A stretch of 37,059 nucleotides of DNA, from assembly GCA_964388495.1 (NCBI GenBank), contig CAYMAT010000007.1, positions 1-37,059 of the forward strand, written 5' to 3'. The translations under genes were made by a program, and so were the position numbers. Under the pieces are notes generated by a model, which saw only the letters and a program-made list of their open reading frames with translations, was not told the origin of the DNA and searched no databases. Each line of letters starts with the position of its first letter. Within the stretch, counting starts at the first letter, position 1. The DNA is from an uncultured Candidatus Peribacteria bacterium (GTDB taxonomy: Bacteria; Patescibacteriota; Gracilibacteria; Peribacterales; Peribacteraceae). Below, piece after piece: positions 25,514 through 33,379 of this stretch.

Positions 25514-27010
25514 ATGCTTTGGAACAGCAGAATCAGAAACGGCATGGGTATAACGCTGTCTGTAGCCGCCTTGCTGTGCCTGATTGCGTACCAGTTTCCC
25601 GTCCGTTTTTGGATGCAGGAAAAGTACGTGTCGCTCCACCAGACGTTTTTGCCGCATGCCAACGTCAAGACCGTGAAACTGAAAAGGGCCAGGCTGCTGT
25701 CCACCCTCGCAAAGGAATATTACGTGAAGAGCGGGGATCTGGTTTCCGCCAACCCCCTGCTCCGGCCCAGTGACGTGATCCCGGAAAAACTGTCGGTGCT
25801 CATCCCCGCCGACGCACTCGCCTCCGCCCCCGTCCCCACGGACCTGCAAAACAGACCCCGAGCACAGATCGCGTTCAGCACCAATGAAAACGCCATTGTC
25901 ATCAGCGGCGAGGGAGCTGTAGCCCGTCTTGCGGACATCGCACGCGTCATGAATGACCCCGCAATTCTTGAGCAGCGGGACAATGCCTGGCTGCTCTCAC
26001 GCAACATTTTGCTCATAGGCGGGGCGATCTTGGATCTGGAGGAAAAAAGCTCATGGCTGAGGCTGCGGAGCGATGCCGACATAACCGTGAACATCACGGC
26101 GGAAGACGGAAACATCGTCATGCGGGGGATGCGGGTGTCTTCCTGGGATCCATCCACGCAAAGCCCCGACACCAACACGGATGACGGAAGGGCGTACATC
26201 ACCCAGATGGCGGGGAGAATGGATATCATGGACAGCGAGATTTTCTCGCTGGGCTCCGAACACGGCCCCGCCGACAAATCGGGCGCCATCTACGGCCTTT
26301 CATGGAGAACGACAAACGCGGAGCATGACGACATGCTGGTGGCGGGCAGTATTGCGCGCTCCTCGGTTCACGATAATTATTACGGGCTTTACTCGTACGG
26401 TTCCACGGCGCTTCGCATAGTCAAAAACGAGTTTTACAGAAACATCCAGTACGGCATTGCGCCGCATGATGATTCGCGCTTTTCCGTCATCCAGAAAAAC
26501 TACGTTCACGACAACGGCAAGCACGGGATCATGCTGAGTAACGGCTGTAACGACAACCTTATGGAGGGGAACATCGTCGTCCACAACGGACTCAGCGGCA
26601 TCATGATCAGCAAGCTCTCCAAGAGGAACACAGCACGCTCCAATATTGCGGCGTTCAACGCGGCGGGGATCACCCTGAACGACAGGTCATCGGAAAACAC
26701 CCTGGATGCGAACGCGTCACTGGATAACAAAAACGGTATCGAGATCCGCAGAATGTCCAGCGCCAACGTGGTAAAGGCCAACGTGGTCCAACGCAACGTG
26801 AACGGAGTGGTCATCAACAGCAGATCCTATGACAACGATGTCTTCGGCAACCTGGTGGAACAAAACGGCACGGCGGTCTCGCTCAAGGAGACATCGGGAA
26901 ACTACCTGCACGACAACTTCACCTACGCGGGGAACCAGAAGAATGTCACGGCAGCGGCATCGGCAAAAGACAATGTGATCCGTTTCTTTGGGGATAACGG
27001 GGATTTCTGA
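25514..27010 (+). CDS. Right-handed parallel beta-helix protein, AlgG-like (polyuronate C5-epimerase / CASH-domain family), membrane-anchored or exported
   Basis: N-terminal hydrophobic segment GITLSVAALLCLIAY. Repeated ~22-aa units of the N-x-(V/I)-x-x-N type are present. YGIAPHDDSRFSVIQKNYVHDNGKHGIMLS resembles the AlgG YGFDPHDRS...HGIIIS region as I recall it from memory. Confidence 0.7.
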   Translation: MLWNSRIRNGMGITLSVAALLCLIAYQFPVRFWMQEKYVSLHQTFLPHANVKTVKLKRARLLSTLAKEYYVKSGDLVSANPLLRPSDVIPEKLSVLIPADALASAPVPTDLQNRPRAQIAFSTNENAIVISGEGAVARLADIARVMNDPAILEQRDNAWLLSRNILLIGGAILDLEEKSSWLRLRSDADITVNITAEDGNIVMRGMRVSSWDPSTQSPDTNTDDGRAYITQMAGRMDIMDSEIFSLGSEHGPADKSGAIYGLSWRTTNAEHDDMLVAGSIARSSVHDNYYGLYSYGSTALRIVKNEFYRNIQYGIAPHDDSRFSVIQKNYVHDNGKHGIMLSNGCNDNLMEGNIVVHNGLSGIMISKLSKRNTARSNIAAFNAAGITLNDRSSENTLDANASLDNKNGIEIRRMSSANVVKANVVQRNVNGVVINSRSYDNDVFGNLVEQNGTAVSLKETSGNYLHDNFTYAGNQKNVTAAASAKDNVIRFFGDNGDF

Positions 27011-27928
27011 TCAGGCCTGCAGGTTCCTGGTGTACCACTCCACGGATTTCTGGATGCCGTCCTTGAAGGAAACCTTGGGCTCGTACCCCAGGGCCTGCTG
27101 GGCCTTGGTGATATCCGCGATGTAACGGATGACCTCTCCGGTACGGGAAGGTCCAACGGAAACCTCCGACGTGCTGCGGAGCAGGCGCTTGAGGGTCTTG
27201 GCCAGGTCGGTCAAATATGTCCCCTGCCCGTACGCGAGGTTGTAGGTGTCGTTTTTGACGGCATCGAATTTTTCGATGGACTGGATGATGCCCTCCACGC
27301 AGTCGTCGATATAGGTGAAGTCCAGGCACTTGGCCTCTCCAAAGACGGCTACGGGCTCATTGCGGCGCATCCTGCCGATGAAAACGGGAACGATGCGGTT
27401 GCTCTCGTCGTACATTCCGTAAACGTTACTGAACCGGAAGATGATGTGGTCGATCTTGTAACAGCGCGTGTAGGACTCCACCAAAGCCTCACCCGCTATC
27501 TTGCTGGCGGTGTACGGACTCTCGCACTGCTGGATGGTGGCCAGCTCCTCCTTGTACTTGCGCGCGGTGATATTGCCGTAGGTCTCGCGCGAGGAAGCGA
27601 AGATCACTTTGCGGATCCCCTTCTGCCGTGCGAATTCCAGCACGTTGAACGTGCTGAGCATGTTGTCCCGAGCGCGGGAAGGGTCTTCGACAAGATCATA
27701 GACGCGGGCGTTTGCGGCCAGATGCACGATAATGTCCACATCCTCACTGGGCATCTTTTGCGTGGCGTCCCAGTCCCGCAGATCCGCCAGCGTGGTGATG
27801 GCATCCACTTCTGGCCGCCATTTGTTCTTCACCCAGTCCACCCCCACCACGTCGTAGGAACGCTGCAGGAGGGTCTCGCAGAGACGGGTACCGATGGTGC
27901 CGGAGCTTCCGGTGACGAGGATCTTCAT
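27011..27928 (-). CDS. NAD-dependent nucleotide-sugar epimerase/dehydratase (SDR family)
   Basis: MKILVTGSSGTIGTRL (Rossmann GxxGxxG) and YTASKIAGE (YxxxK). Its stop directly abuts the stop of the convergent beta-helix gene. Confidence 0.85.
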   Translation of the reverse strand: MKILVTGSSGTIGTRLCETLLQRSYDVVGVDWVKNKWRPEVDAITTLADLRDWDATQKMPSEDVDIIVHLAANARVYDLVEDPSRARDNMLSTFNVLEFARQKGIRKVIFASSRETYGNITARKYKEELATIQQCESPYTASKIAGEALVESYTRCYKIDHIIFRFSNVYGMYDESNRIVPVFIGRMRRNEPVAVFGEAKCLDFTYIDDCVEGIIQSIEKFDAVKNDTYNLAYGQGTYLTDLAKTLKRLLRSTSEVSVGPSRTGEVIRYIADITKAQQALGYEPKVSFKDGIQKSVEWYTRNLQA

Positions 27929-27987
27929 GGCCCGTAGCGTAACGGAACAAGCAGCTGGAAGCCAGAAGAGCTGCTACACTTCCCGCA

Positions 27988-29082
27988 ATGCTCTCCGTCG
28001 TCTTCCCCACGTACAACGAATCCAAAAACCTGCCCGCAATCGTGGCAAGGGTTGAGGAGGCACTGCGCGGCACGCAGTTTGAAATCATCATTGTGGATGA
28101 CAATTCTCCGGACGGAACATGGAAAGTGGCGCGTGAGATTTCCCTGACTTTCCCCAGTCTGCGGGTGATCAGACGCGTGGGGCGGCGGGGACTTTCCTCC
28201 GCGGTCATTGAGGGCTTTCTGGCGGCGCGCGGCGATATTTTTGTGGTAGCCGACGCAGACGGACAGCATGACCTGAGCCTGATCCCCAAGCTGGCAAAGG
28301 CGGTAGCGGAAGGCAACGGCATAGCGCTGGGCTCCCGCTACACGGAAGGCGGAAGCGTGGAGGGGTGGGACGAGCGCCGGCATTTGATGAGCCGCATCGC
28401 CACGCGCATGGCCATGAGCCTGTGCAAAGTGAAGGTGAGCGACCCCATGAGCGGTTTTTTCGCCGTGTCACGCAGCGCATTTGAAGAGATCCTGCCCCGC
28501 CTGAATCCCAAGGGATTCAAGATCTTGCTCGATCTCCTGGTGCACGCACCCGCAGGCATGAAGGCAAAGGAGATTCCCTTCACGTTTGGTTCCCGCATGC
28601 ACGGAGAGAGCAAGCTCTCCCGCCGCGTGCAGATAGAGTTCCTTGAATACTTGTATGAAGCCACCATGGGGCGGTTTATCCCGCTGACCCTGGTGGAGTA
28701 CTGCGTGGTGGGTGCCATGGGCGTTGTGGTGAACCTTGCGGCATATTTTGCGGTATCGCGCATGCTTTTGGGTGAGGGCGCTGCGGGAGTGACGGGAGTT
28801 TCCATCCCGGTGGTCGCAGGCATTGAGGCAGCCGTATTGTTCAACTTTTACGTCAACAATTCCTGGACCTTCTCTCATGCAAAGCTGAAAGGCCTCAACG
28901 CCATCACGGGCTTTGCACGCTACAACGTGATCTGCGCGCTTGGCGCATTCGCCAATATCGCCATCACCACATACGTCTACAGCCAAGGCATGACGGAAGT
29001 GGCCAGTCTTGCAGCCGGCGCCTGTGCGGGGATGATCTGGAACTACACCATCAGCCTGCTCTTTACCTGGAAAGCCGCATGA
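27988..29082 (+). CDS. Polyprenol-phosphate hexosyltransferase (Dpm1/GtrB/ArnC-like GT2) with a C-terminal GtrA-like membrane domain
   Basis: LSVVFPTYNESKNL...IIIVDDNSPDGT...VVADADGQHD...DPMSGFF...FTFGSRMHGESKLS. The C-terminal helices include VLFNFYVNNSWTF. TACACT at 27975-27980 lies 7 nt before the ATG. Confidence 0.85.
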   Translation: MLSVVFPTYNESKNLPAIVARVEEALRGTQFEIIIVDDNSPDGTWKVAREISLTFPSLRVIRRVGRRGLSSAVIEGFLAARGDIFVVADADGQHDLSLIPKLAKAVAEGNGIALGSRYTEGGSVEGWDERRHLMSRIATRMAMSLCKVKVSDPMSGFFAVSRSAFEEILPRLNPKGFKILLDLLVHAPAGMKAKEIPFTFGSRMHGESKLSRRVQIEFLEYLYEATMGRFIPLTLVEYCVVGAMGVVVNLAAYFAVSRMLLGEGAAGVTGVSIPVVAGIEAAVLFNFYVNNSWTFSHAKLKGLNAITGFARYNVICALGAFANIAITTYVYSQGMTEVASLAAGACAGMIWNYTISLLFTWKAA

Positions 29083-29387
29083 AAACCGCGCGCAGGGAAT
29101 ATGCGGCATTCATCCTGGCCTGCGCCGTTGTGGCCGTCATACTGGGTATGCGCGCATGGCGTATCCGCGCTCTGTGGAATGCGCAGGAGAGGAAGGAAGT
29201 CCAAGCATCCCTGCAGGCAATTGTGGATGAACGGGGATGGCTGCTTTCGGACATGGAGATTGTCAGCATCCAAAACGGCGTCGTAAAGCTGAACCACAGG
29301 TCGCATATCCTGGGACAGGATCCTTCTGCGTGCTTTGTAATGACAATGTCCACACGTTCTCTTGCCCCATGCGCCGCAAAAATCTGA
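29079..29387 (+). CDS. Small membrane-anchored hypothetical protein (102 aa)
   Basis: ATGA overlap with the upstream GT2 gene. One N-terminal TM helix (AAFILACAVVAVILG). It overlaps the GT-C start by 19 nt. Confidence 0.45.
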   Translation: MKTARREYAAFILACAVVAVILGMRAWRIRALWNAQERKEVQASLQAIVDERGWLLSDMEIVSIQNGVVKLNHRSHILGQDPSACFVMTMSTRSLAPCAAKI

Positions 29388-30574
29388 TTATCGCAGGCTG
29401 TCTGGAACTCCTGGCCGTGGCGTTCGCCAACTGGCACCAGTACCTGGGCCTGCAGACAGACGAGGCCAAGTATTTACTCAATATCCCCTATCCCCACCCG
29501 CCACTCATCCGGACCGTCATGTCTATGACGGAATTCATCCCGTTTCAGGAACTGTTCTGGCGCCTGGCATTTGCCACCATCCTGGTACAACTGGTGTGGC
29601 TGGTATGGGATATGGGTAAGGACCTTGGGCACCGCGAGCAGGTGATCCTCTGCGGGGCATATTTTTCCTGCACGGCGTTTCTGCTCTATGCGGGAACGGT
29701 GATGCTCTCGCCCGTGTTCGTCATGTTCGCAATTGCATTCCTCTGGCTTCGGTCGCGGAAGGAGATTGCGCAAAAACACTGGGGACTGATTGGGCTTCTC
29801 TGGCTCTGTTGCGTGTTCTCCGTTTTCCAAGGAGTGCTTCTGGCACCGCTGGCGTGGAATGTCCTGCGACGCGGGGCAGGCTCAACGCGAGCAACATGGA
29901 TGACCCTGGTACCGCTGGCGCTTCTGGGTCTGCACGTCTTGGGCAGTCCGCTGACCATCGCCACACTCATGATCCATGGCGACCAGGGCATCACGGGATC
30001 AGTATTTGAACGCCTGAGCGGAAGTCTCACCCTCCTGGCGGTGGGCGGCGGCGGTATCGGAACCATCGCGGGAATACTCGGTTTGCTTAAAAAGCGGAGC
30101 CCAGACCTCCTGACCACCGCATTTCTGGTATTGGCATACACCACGCTTTCCGTGCCATTCCCCTTCTACGCCATTCTGTGGACTCCGCTGCTGCTTGCGG
30201 GAATCCATGATCTGCTGCGTACGCGTGAATTCAAGGAACACATCCCCCTCCTCCCCGCGTTCGCCTTGAGTGGGGCAATCCTGGCCTTCGTGATGCGCCC
30301 GGTGACGCCGCATACGGAAGCCACGGACACGATGAATATGGTGATCCCGCAGATGGCGCACTGCACCCGTGCGGAGTCCTGCAGCGTCATGATCTCCGGG
30401 AATTTTGGGCACCAGTGGCAGCACGCGTCTCCGTACCCAGTCCTCCGCTACGTGCCCGCACGCGCGGCGGACGCGGCAGCAGTGGTGTGCCTGTCCGCAT
30501 GCGAGCCCATGTTCAACACGGCGGGCTGGAAGCGATTGGAAAACACGCCGGTGGAGGCGTGGGTAAGAAAATAG
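29369..30574 (+). CDS. GT-C fold glycosyltransferase (ArnT/PMT_2-like, uses a polyprenol-phosphate sugar donor)
   Basis: Polytopic membrane protein. The first-loop hallmark TDEAKYLLNIPYPHPPL matches the D-E-x-x-Y ... HPPL pattern. I place the start at ATG 29369 (MRRKNLII). Confidence 0.65.
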   Translation: MRRKNLIIAGCLELLAVAFANWHQYLGLQTDEAKYLLNIPYPHPPLIRTVMSMTEFIPFQELFWRLAFATILVQLVWLVWDMGKDLGHREQVILCGAYFSCTAFLLYAGTVMLSPVFVMFAIAFLWLRSRKEIAQKHWGLIGLLWLCCVFSVFQGVLLAPLAWNVLRRGAGSTRATWMTLVPLALLGLHVLGSPLTIATLMIHGDQGITGSVFERLSGSLTLLAVGGGGIGTIAGILGLLKKRSPDLLTTAFLVLAYTTLSVPFPFYAILWTPLLLAGIHDLLRTREFKEHIPLLPAFALSGAILAFVMRPVTPHTEATDTMNMVIPQMAHCTRAESCSVMISGNFGHQWQHASPYPVLRYVPARAADAAAVVCLSACEPMFNTAGWKRLENTPVEAWVRK

Positions 30575-30580
30575 GAGAAT

Positions 30581-30617
30581 AGAGAAAATATCTTGTTGGT
30601 GCTTTTCAATTTTCTCT
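30581..30617. terminator. Perfect 9-bp inverted repeat (agagaaaat / attttctct, 19-nt loop) between convergent genes; a possible bidirectional terminator
   Basis: Read directly at 30581-30589 and 30609-30617. The stem is AT-rich, so it is a weak terminator candidate. Confidence 0.3.
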
Positions 30618-30620
30618 CAT

Positions 30621-31658
30621 TTAAGAGAGCCATTTGAGCAGCCTGATCACACCCATCTTGGCCGGCTGTCGATGCGCGGAAACGGCGTCCCCCGTCTGGA
30701 GCGTCTGCCTGTTCTGGTGATAGAAATTGTAGGCTTCGTAGAGCATGTCCTGGTTTTTGAGCGTGGGATGCCAGCCGAGTTCCTTTTTGATTTTGGAGGT
30801 ATCAAAGGTGAAATCCTCGGCGATCATCTTGTACTGGTAGGGGCCCAGAGGGGAAAGACCCAGCGCGTAGAGGATTTTCATGGCGAGGATCGTGGGACCG
30901 CGCGGGAGTGTTGCCACCCTGCTCCTGCTGCCTGCTTTGGCAATGACGCTCTGGTACGCCTCGCGGAAGGTAGGCACGTCATCGGAACCGATGTTGAAGA
31001 CGCCGGAAACCGTGGAACCCGCGGCCCTGATGCACGCATCCGCCAGATCCTTGGCGTAGATGAACTGGTACCGATTTTTCCCCCCACCCACTACCCAGAC
31101 CTTCCTGCCTTCGTCGATGAATTCAAAGAGAATCGCCAGAAGCCCCATGCGGCCGGCATCGATGATGGTGGGACAGCGGAAAATGACGCTGGGAATCTTG
31201 GATGAATACTCCTCCAGGATCTTCTCCCCCTCCCACTTGGAACGCCCGTAGATTTCTACGGGATTTGGCGCGTCGTCCTCGCGCACGGGACGGTTGAAAC
31301 CTTCTCCCCACAGGCAGTTGCTGGAGGTGAAAACAATTTTCTTCACACCGGAGCGGGATGCTGCATCGGCGACGACGCGCGTACCGTCCACGTTGCTGGT
31401 CCAGAGCATGCCCTTGTCCTTCACCGCATGGGCCAGGATGGCCGCGCAATGGAAAATGACCTCTGGCTTAGATTCCCGGATGACTTTTTCCATCATCACC
31501 ACATCGCGGATGTCCCCCTGGATGGATGTGAGCTGGGGGTGGGCGTCATCGTCTTTCACCAAGTCGATATTCGTCACAGACCATCCGTCCGCCAGAAGTT
31601 TTTTCTTGAGGATGCTGCCAAAGAATCCCGAACCGCCGGTGATCAACGCATTTTTCAT
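30621..31658 (-). CDS. NAD-dependent epimerase/dehydratase (SDR family)
   Basis: MKNALITGGSGFFGS (Rossmann), FHCAA, YGRSKWEGE (YxxxK). I prefer ATG 31658 to the track's TTG 31712. TATCGT lies 9 nt upstream. Confidence 0.8.
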   Translation of the reverse strand: MKNALITGGSGFFGSILKKKLLADGWSVTNIDLVKDDDAHPQLTSIQGDIRDVVMMEKVIRESKPEVIFHCAAILAHAVKDKGMLWTSNVDGTRVVADAASRSGVKKIVFTSSNCLWGEGFNRPVREDDAPNPVEIYGRSKWEGEKILEEYSSKIPSVIFRCPTIIDAGRMGLLAILFEFIDEGRKVWVVGGGKNRYQFIYAKDLADACIRAAGSTVSGVFNIGSDDVPTFREAYQSVIAKAGSRSRVATLPRGPTILAMKILYALGLSPLGPYQYKMIAEDFTFDTSKIKKELGWHPTLKNQDMLYEAYNFYHQNRQTLQTGDAVSAHRQPAKMGVIRLLKWLS

Positions 31659-31708
31659 CACCGGGAAACGATAGCAGAGAAGACTTAGCTGTGCGGTATT
31701 CTTTCTCT

Positions 31709-32092
31709 TCAAGGAGAAATCTTTCGCAGGAGCAATTTGATGGCGCGGGATACCTGCTCCACCTCCGTCACGGTCAGATTTTTGTTAATCTTATCCACAG
31801 GAAACTTATTAGCGTTTCCCAATACACGCAAACCTTCGTCGGTAATCTGCACGTCAATTTTTCGCCTGTCCCTCTTGTTCATGGTGCATTGGATAAGCGG
31901 TGAATCCCTAAGCTCCAGAGCCCGGATAATACGAGTCATCTGAGCCGGCAATACCTCCAGCTCCCGCTGGATATCCCCTACAATCATCACGCCGTTTTTA
32001 GCCAGAAGAACGAGGGCGCTTGCTTCCCTTTCGTTGATCTCAAGATGACGCTCAGGCGTGAGCAATTGAGTGGCCAATAACCGCATGTCCAT
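31709..32092 (-). CDS. MarR-family transcriptional regulator
   Basis: 127 aa. The winged-HTH pattern reads ...EASALVLLAKNGVMIVGDIQRELEVLPAQMTRIIRALELRDSPLIQCTMNKRDRRKIDVQITDEG. Confidence 0.8.
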   Translation of the reverse strand: MDMRLLATQLLTPERHLEINEREASALVLLAKNGVMIVGDIQRELEVLPAQMTRIIRALELRDSPLIQCTMNKRDRRKIDVQITDEGLRVLGNANKFPVDKINKNLTVTEVEQVSRAIKLLLRKISP

Positions 32093-32230
32093 GACAAGCG
32101 TAGTGACCTGCTCTTTCCCCAGCTCAGCAGCTTCATTGGACTGTTAACATTCAGCTCCTGACGCAACATCGTTACCCAGCCTTGGAGATGTTGTGGACAT
32201 AAAATAATGCTATTTGTTGATCACAAAATA

Positions 32231-33178
32231 TCAAATTTTGTAGTACTCCCTGTACCACTGGACGAATTTGGGGATCCCCTCCTTGATAGTGGTCTTAGGT
32301 TCAAATCCAAGCATTTTGCGTGCCTTCTCAATACTCGCAAGGCTTGCCATGGTGTCGCCCGGCTGCATGTCCATGTAGTTCTTCTTTCCTTCCTTGCCAC
32401 AGGCGGTTTCGGCCCCCTTGATGTAATCCATGAGCTCCTCTTTGCGACCGCAGCCCAGGTTGAAGATCTCTTCGGGATAGTTTTTGTCGATGGACGCGAT
32501 GATGCCATTGGCGATGTCCTCCACGTACGTGAAATCGCGCTGCATTTTGCCGTGGCCAAAGACATTAAAGGGTCGATCGTGCAGGATGGCGTCCGTAAAG
32601 AGGAAGAGCGCCATGTCCGGGCGGCCGTAGGGACCGTAGACCGTGAAGAAACGGAGCCCGGTGACCGGGATTCCGTAGAGTTTGTGGTAGGTGTGGGCCA
32701 TCAGCTCGTTGTCTTTCTTGTTCTGTCCGTAGAGCGAGAGCTGGTCATCCGTGCGGTCGGTCTCCTCTGCGGGAAGCTTGCCGTTGCCGCCGTAGACGGA
32801 ACTGGAACTGGCGTAGATGAATCCGCCGATCTTCTGGAGACGCGCCTCGTCCAGGACTTCAAAGAAGCCGCGGATATTGATATCGATGTATTCCTCCGGG
32901 TGTTCAAATGAATAACGGACGCCGGCGATGGCCGCCAGGTGACACACGCGGTCGCAACCTTTCATTGCCTCGCGCACCGCAGCTCTGTCCTGGATATTGG
33001 CCTGCACAAAATGGAAGTTCTTGTGCTTTTTGAGGATCGCCAAACGCGCCTGCTTGAGGGTGGGATCGTAATAGGCGTTCATGTTGTCAAAACCCACCAC
33101 GGTATCGCCGCGGTCCAGCAACTTGAGTGACGTATGGAAGCCAATAAAACCGGCAGCACCGGTGAGGAGGATCTTCAT
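32231..33178 (-). CDS. UDP-glucuronate 4-epimerase-like SDR
   Basis: MKILLTGAAGFIGFH, ...YGQNKKDNELMAHTYHKLYGIPVTGLRFFTVYGPYGRPDMA is typical of the UDP-GlcA 4-epimerase subfamily. The start is ATG 33178. It is divergent from ugd. Confidence 0.8.
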   Translation of the reverse strand: MKILLTGAAGFIGFHTSLKLLDRGDTVVGFDNMNAYYDPTLKQARLAILKKHKNFHFVQANIQDRAAVREAMKGCDRVCHLAAIAGVRYSFEHPEEYIDINIRGFFEVLDEARLQKIGGFIYASSSSVYGGNGKLPAEETDRTDDQLSLYGQNKKDNELMAHTYHKLYGIPVTGLRFFTVYGPYGRPDMALFLFTDAILHDRPFNVFGHGKMQRDFTYVEDIANGIIASIDKNYPEEIFNLGCGRKEELMDYIKGAETACGKEGKKNYMDMQPGDTMASLASIEKARKMLGFEPKTTIKEGIPKFVQWYREYYKI

Positions 33179-33237
33179 GGATACAGGATACAGAAGGTAG
33201 AATGCAGAATACAGAACAGAGAACGCGGAATTCCCTA

Positions 33238-33262
33238 TTCCACATTCTCTCTTCCACATTCT
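33238..33262. repeat. Direct repeat ttccacattct x2 (period 14) abutting the -10 box; a candidate operator
   Basis: Copies at 33238-33248 and 33252-33262. The second copy ends in the T of TATAAT (33262-33267). GGAATTCC palindrome at 33227-33234. Confidence 0.6.
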
Positions 33263-33276
33263 ATAATCTAGCGCTC

Positions 33277-33318
33277 ATGAAAATTGCCATTGTTGGAACC
33301 CGTCTTCGCTCCTCATGA
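33277..33318 (+). other. 13-codon mini-ORF (MKIAIVGTRLRSS*) whose first 8 codons duplicate the ugd start
   Basis: 33277-33300 matches 33380-33403 at 22 of 24 positions. Both mismatches are synonymous third positions. It is preceded by TATAAT at 33262-33267. Confidence 0.6.
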
Positions 33319-33379
33319 ATTCGGAGCTACGCCGGGCAGGCCGGCTACAGACATATTTTATCTTTCAAGCCTTGTTTCT

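Noticed and set aside
33301-33379. The spacer between the duplicated ugd starts as a MITE/IS insertion with a target-site duplication
   Set aside because: A 24-bp duplication is much longer than typical target-site duplications, and its two mismatches are both synonymous codon positions. The 79-nt spacer has no terminal inverted repeats and no coding capacity. A recombination scar or a regulatory leader fits better. The observation itself is kept as a finding.
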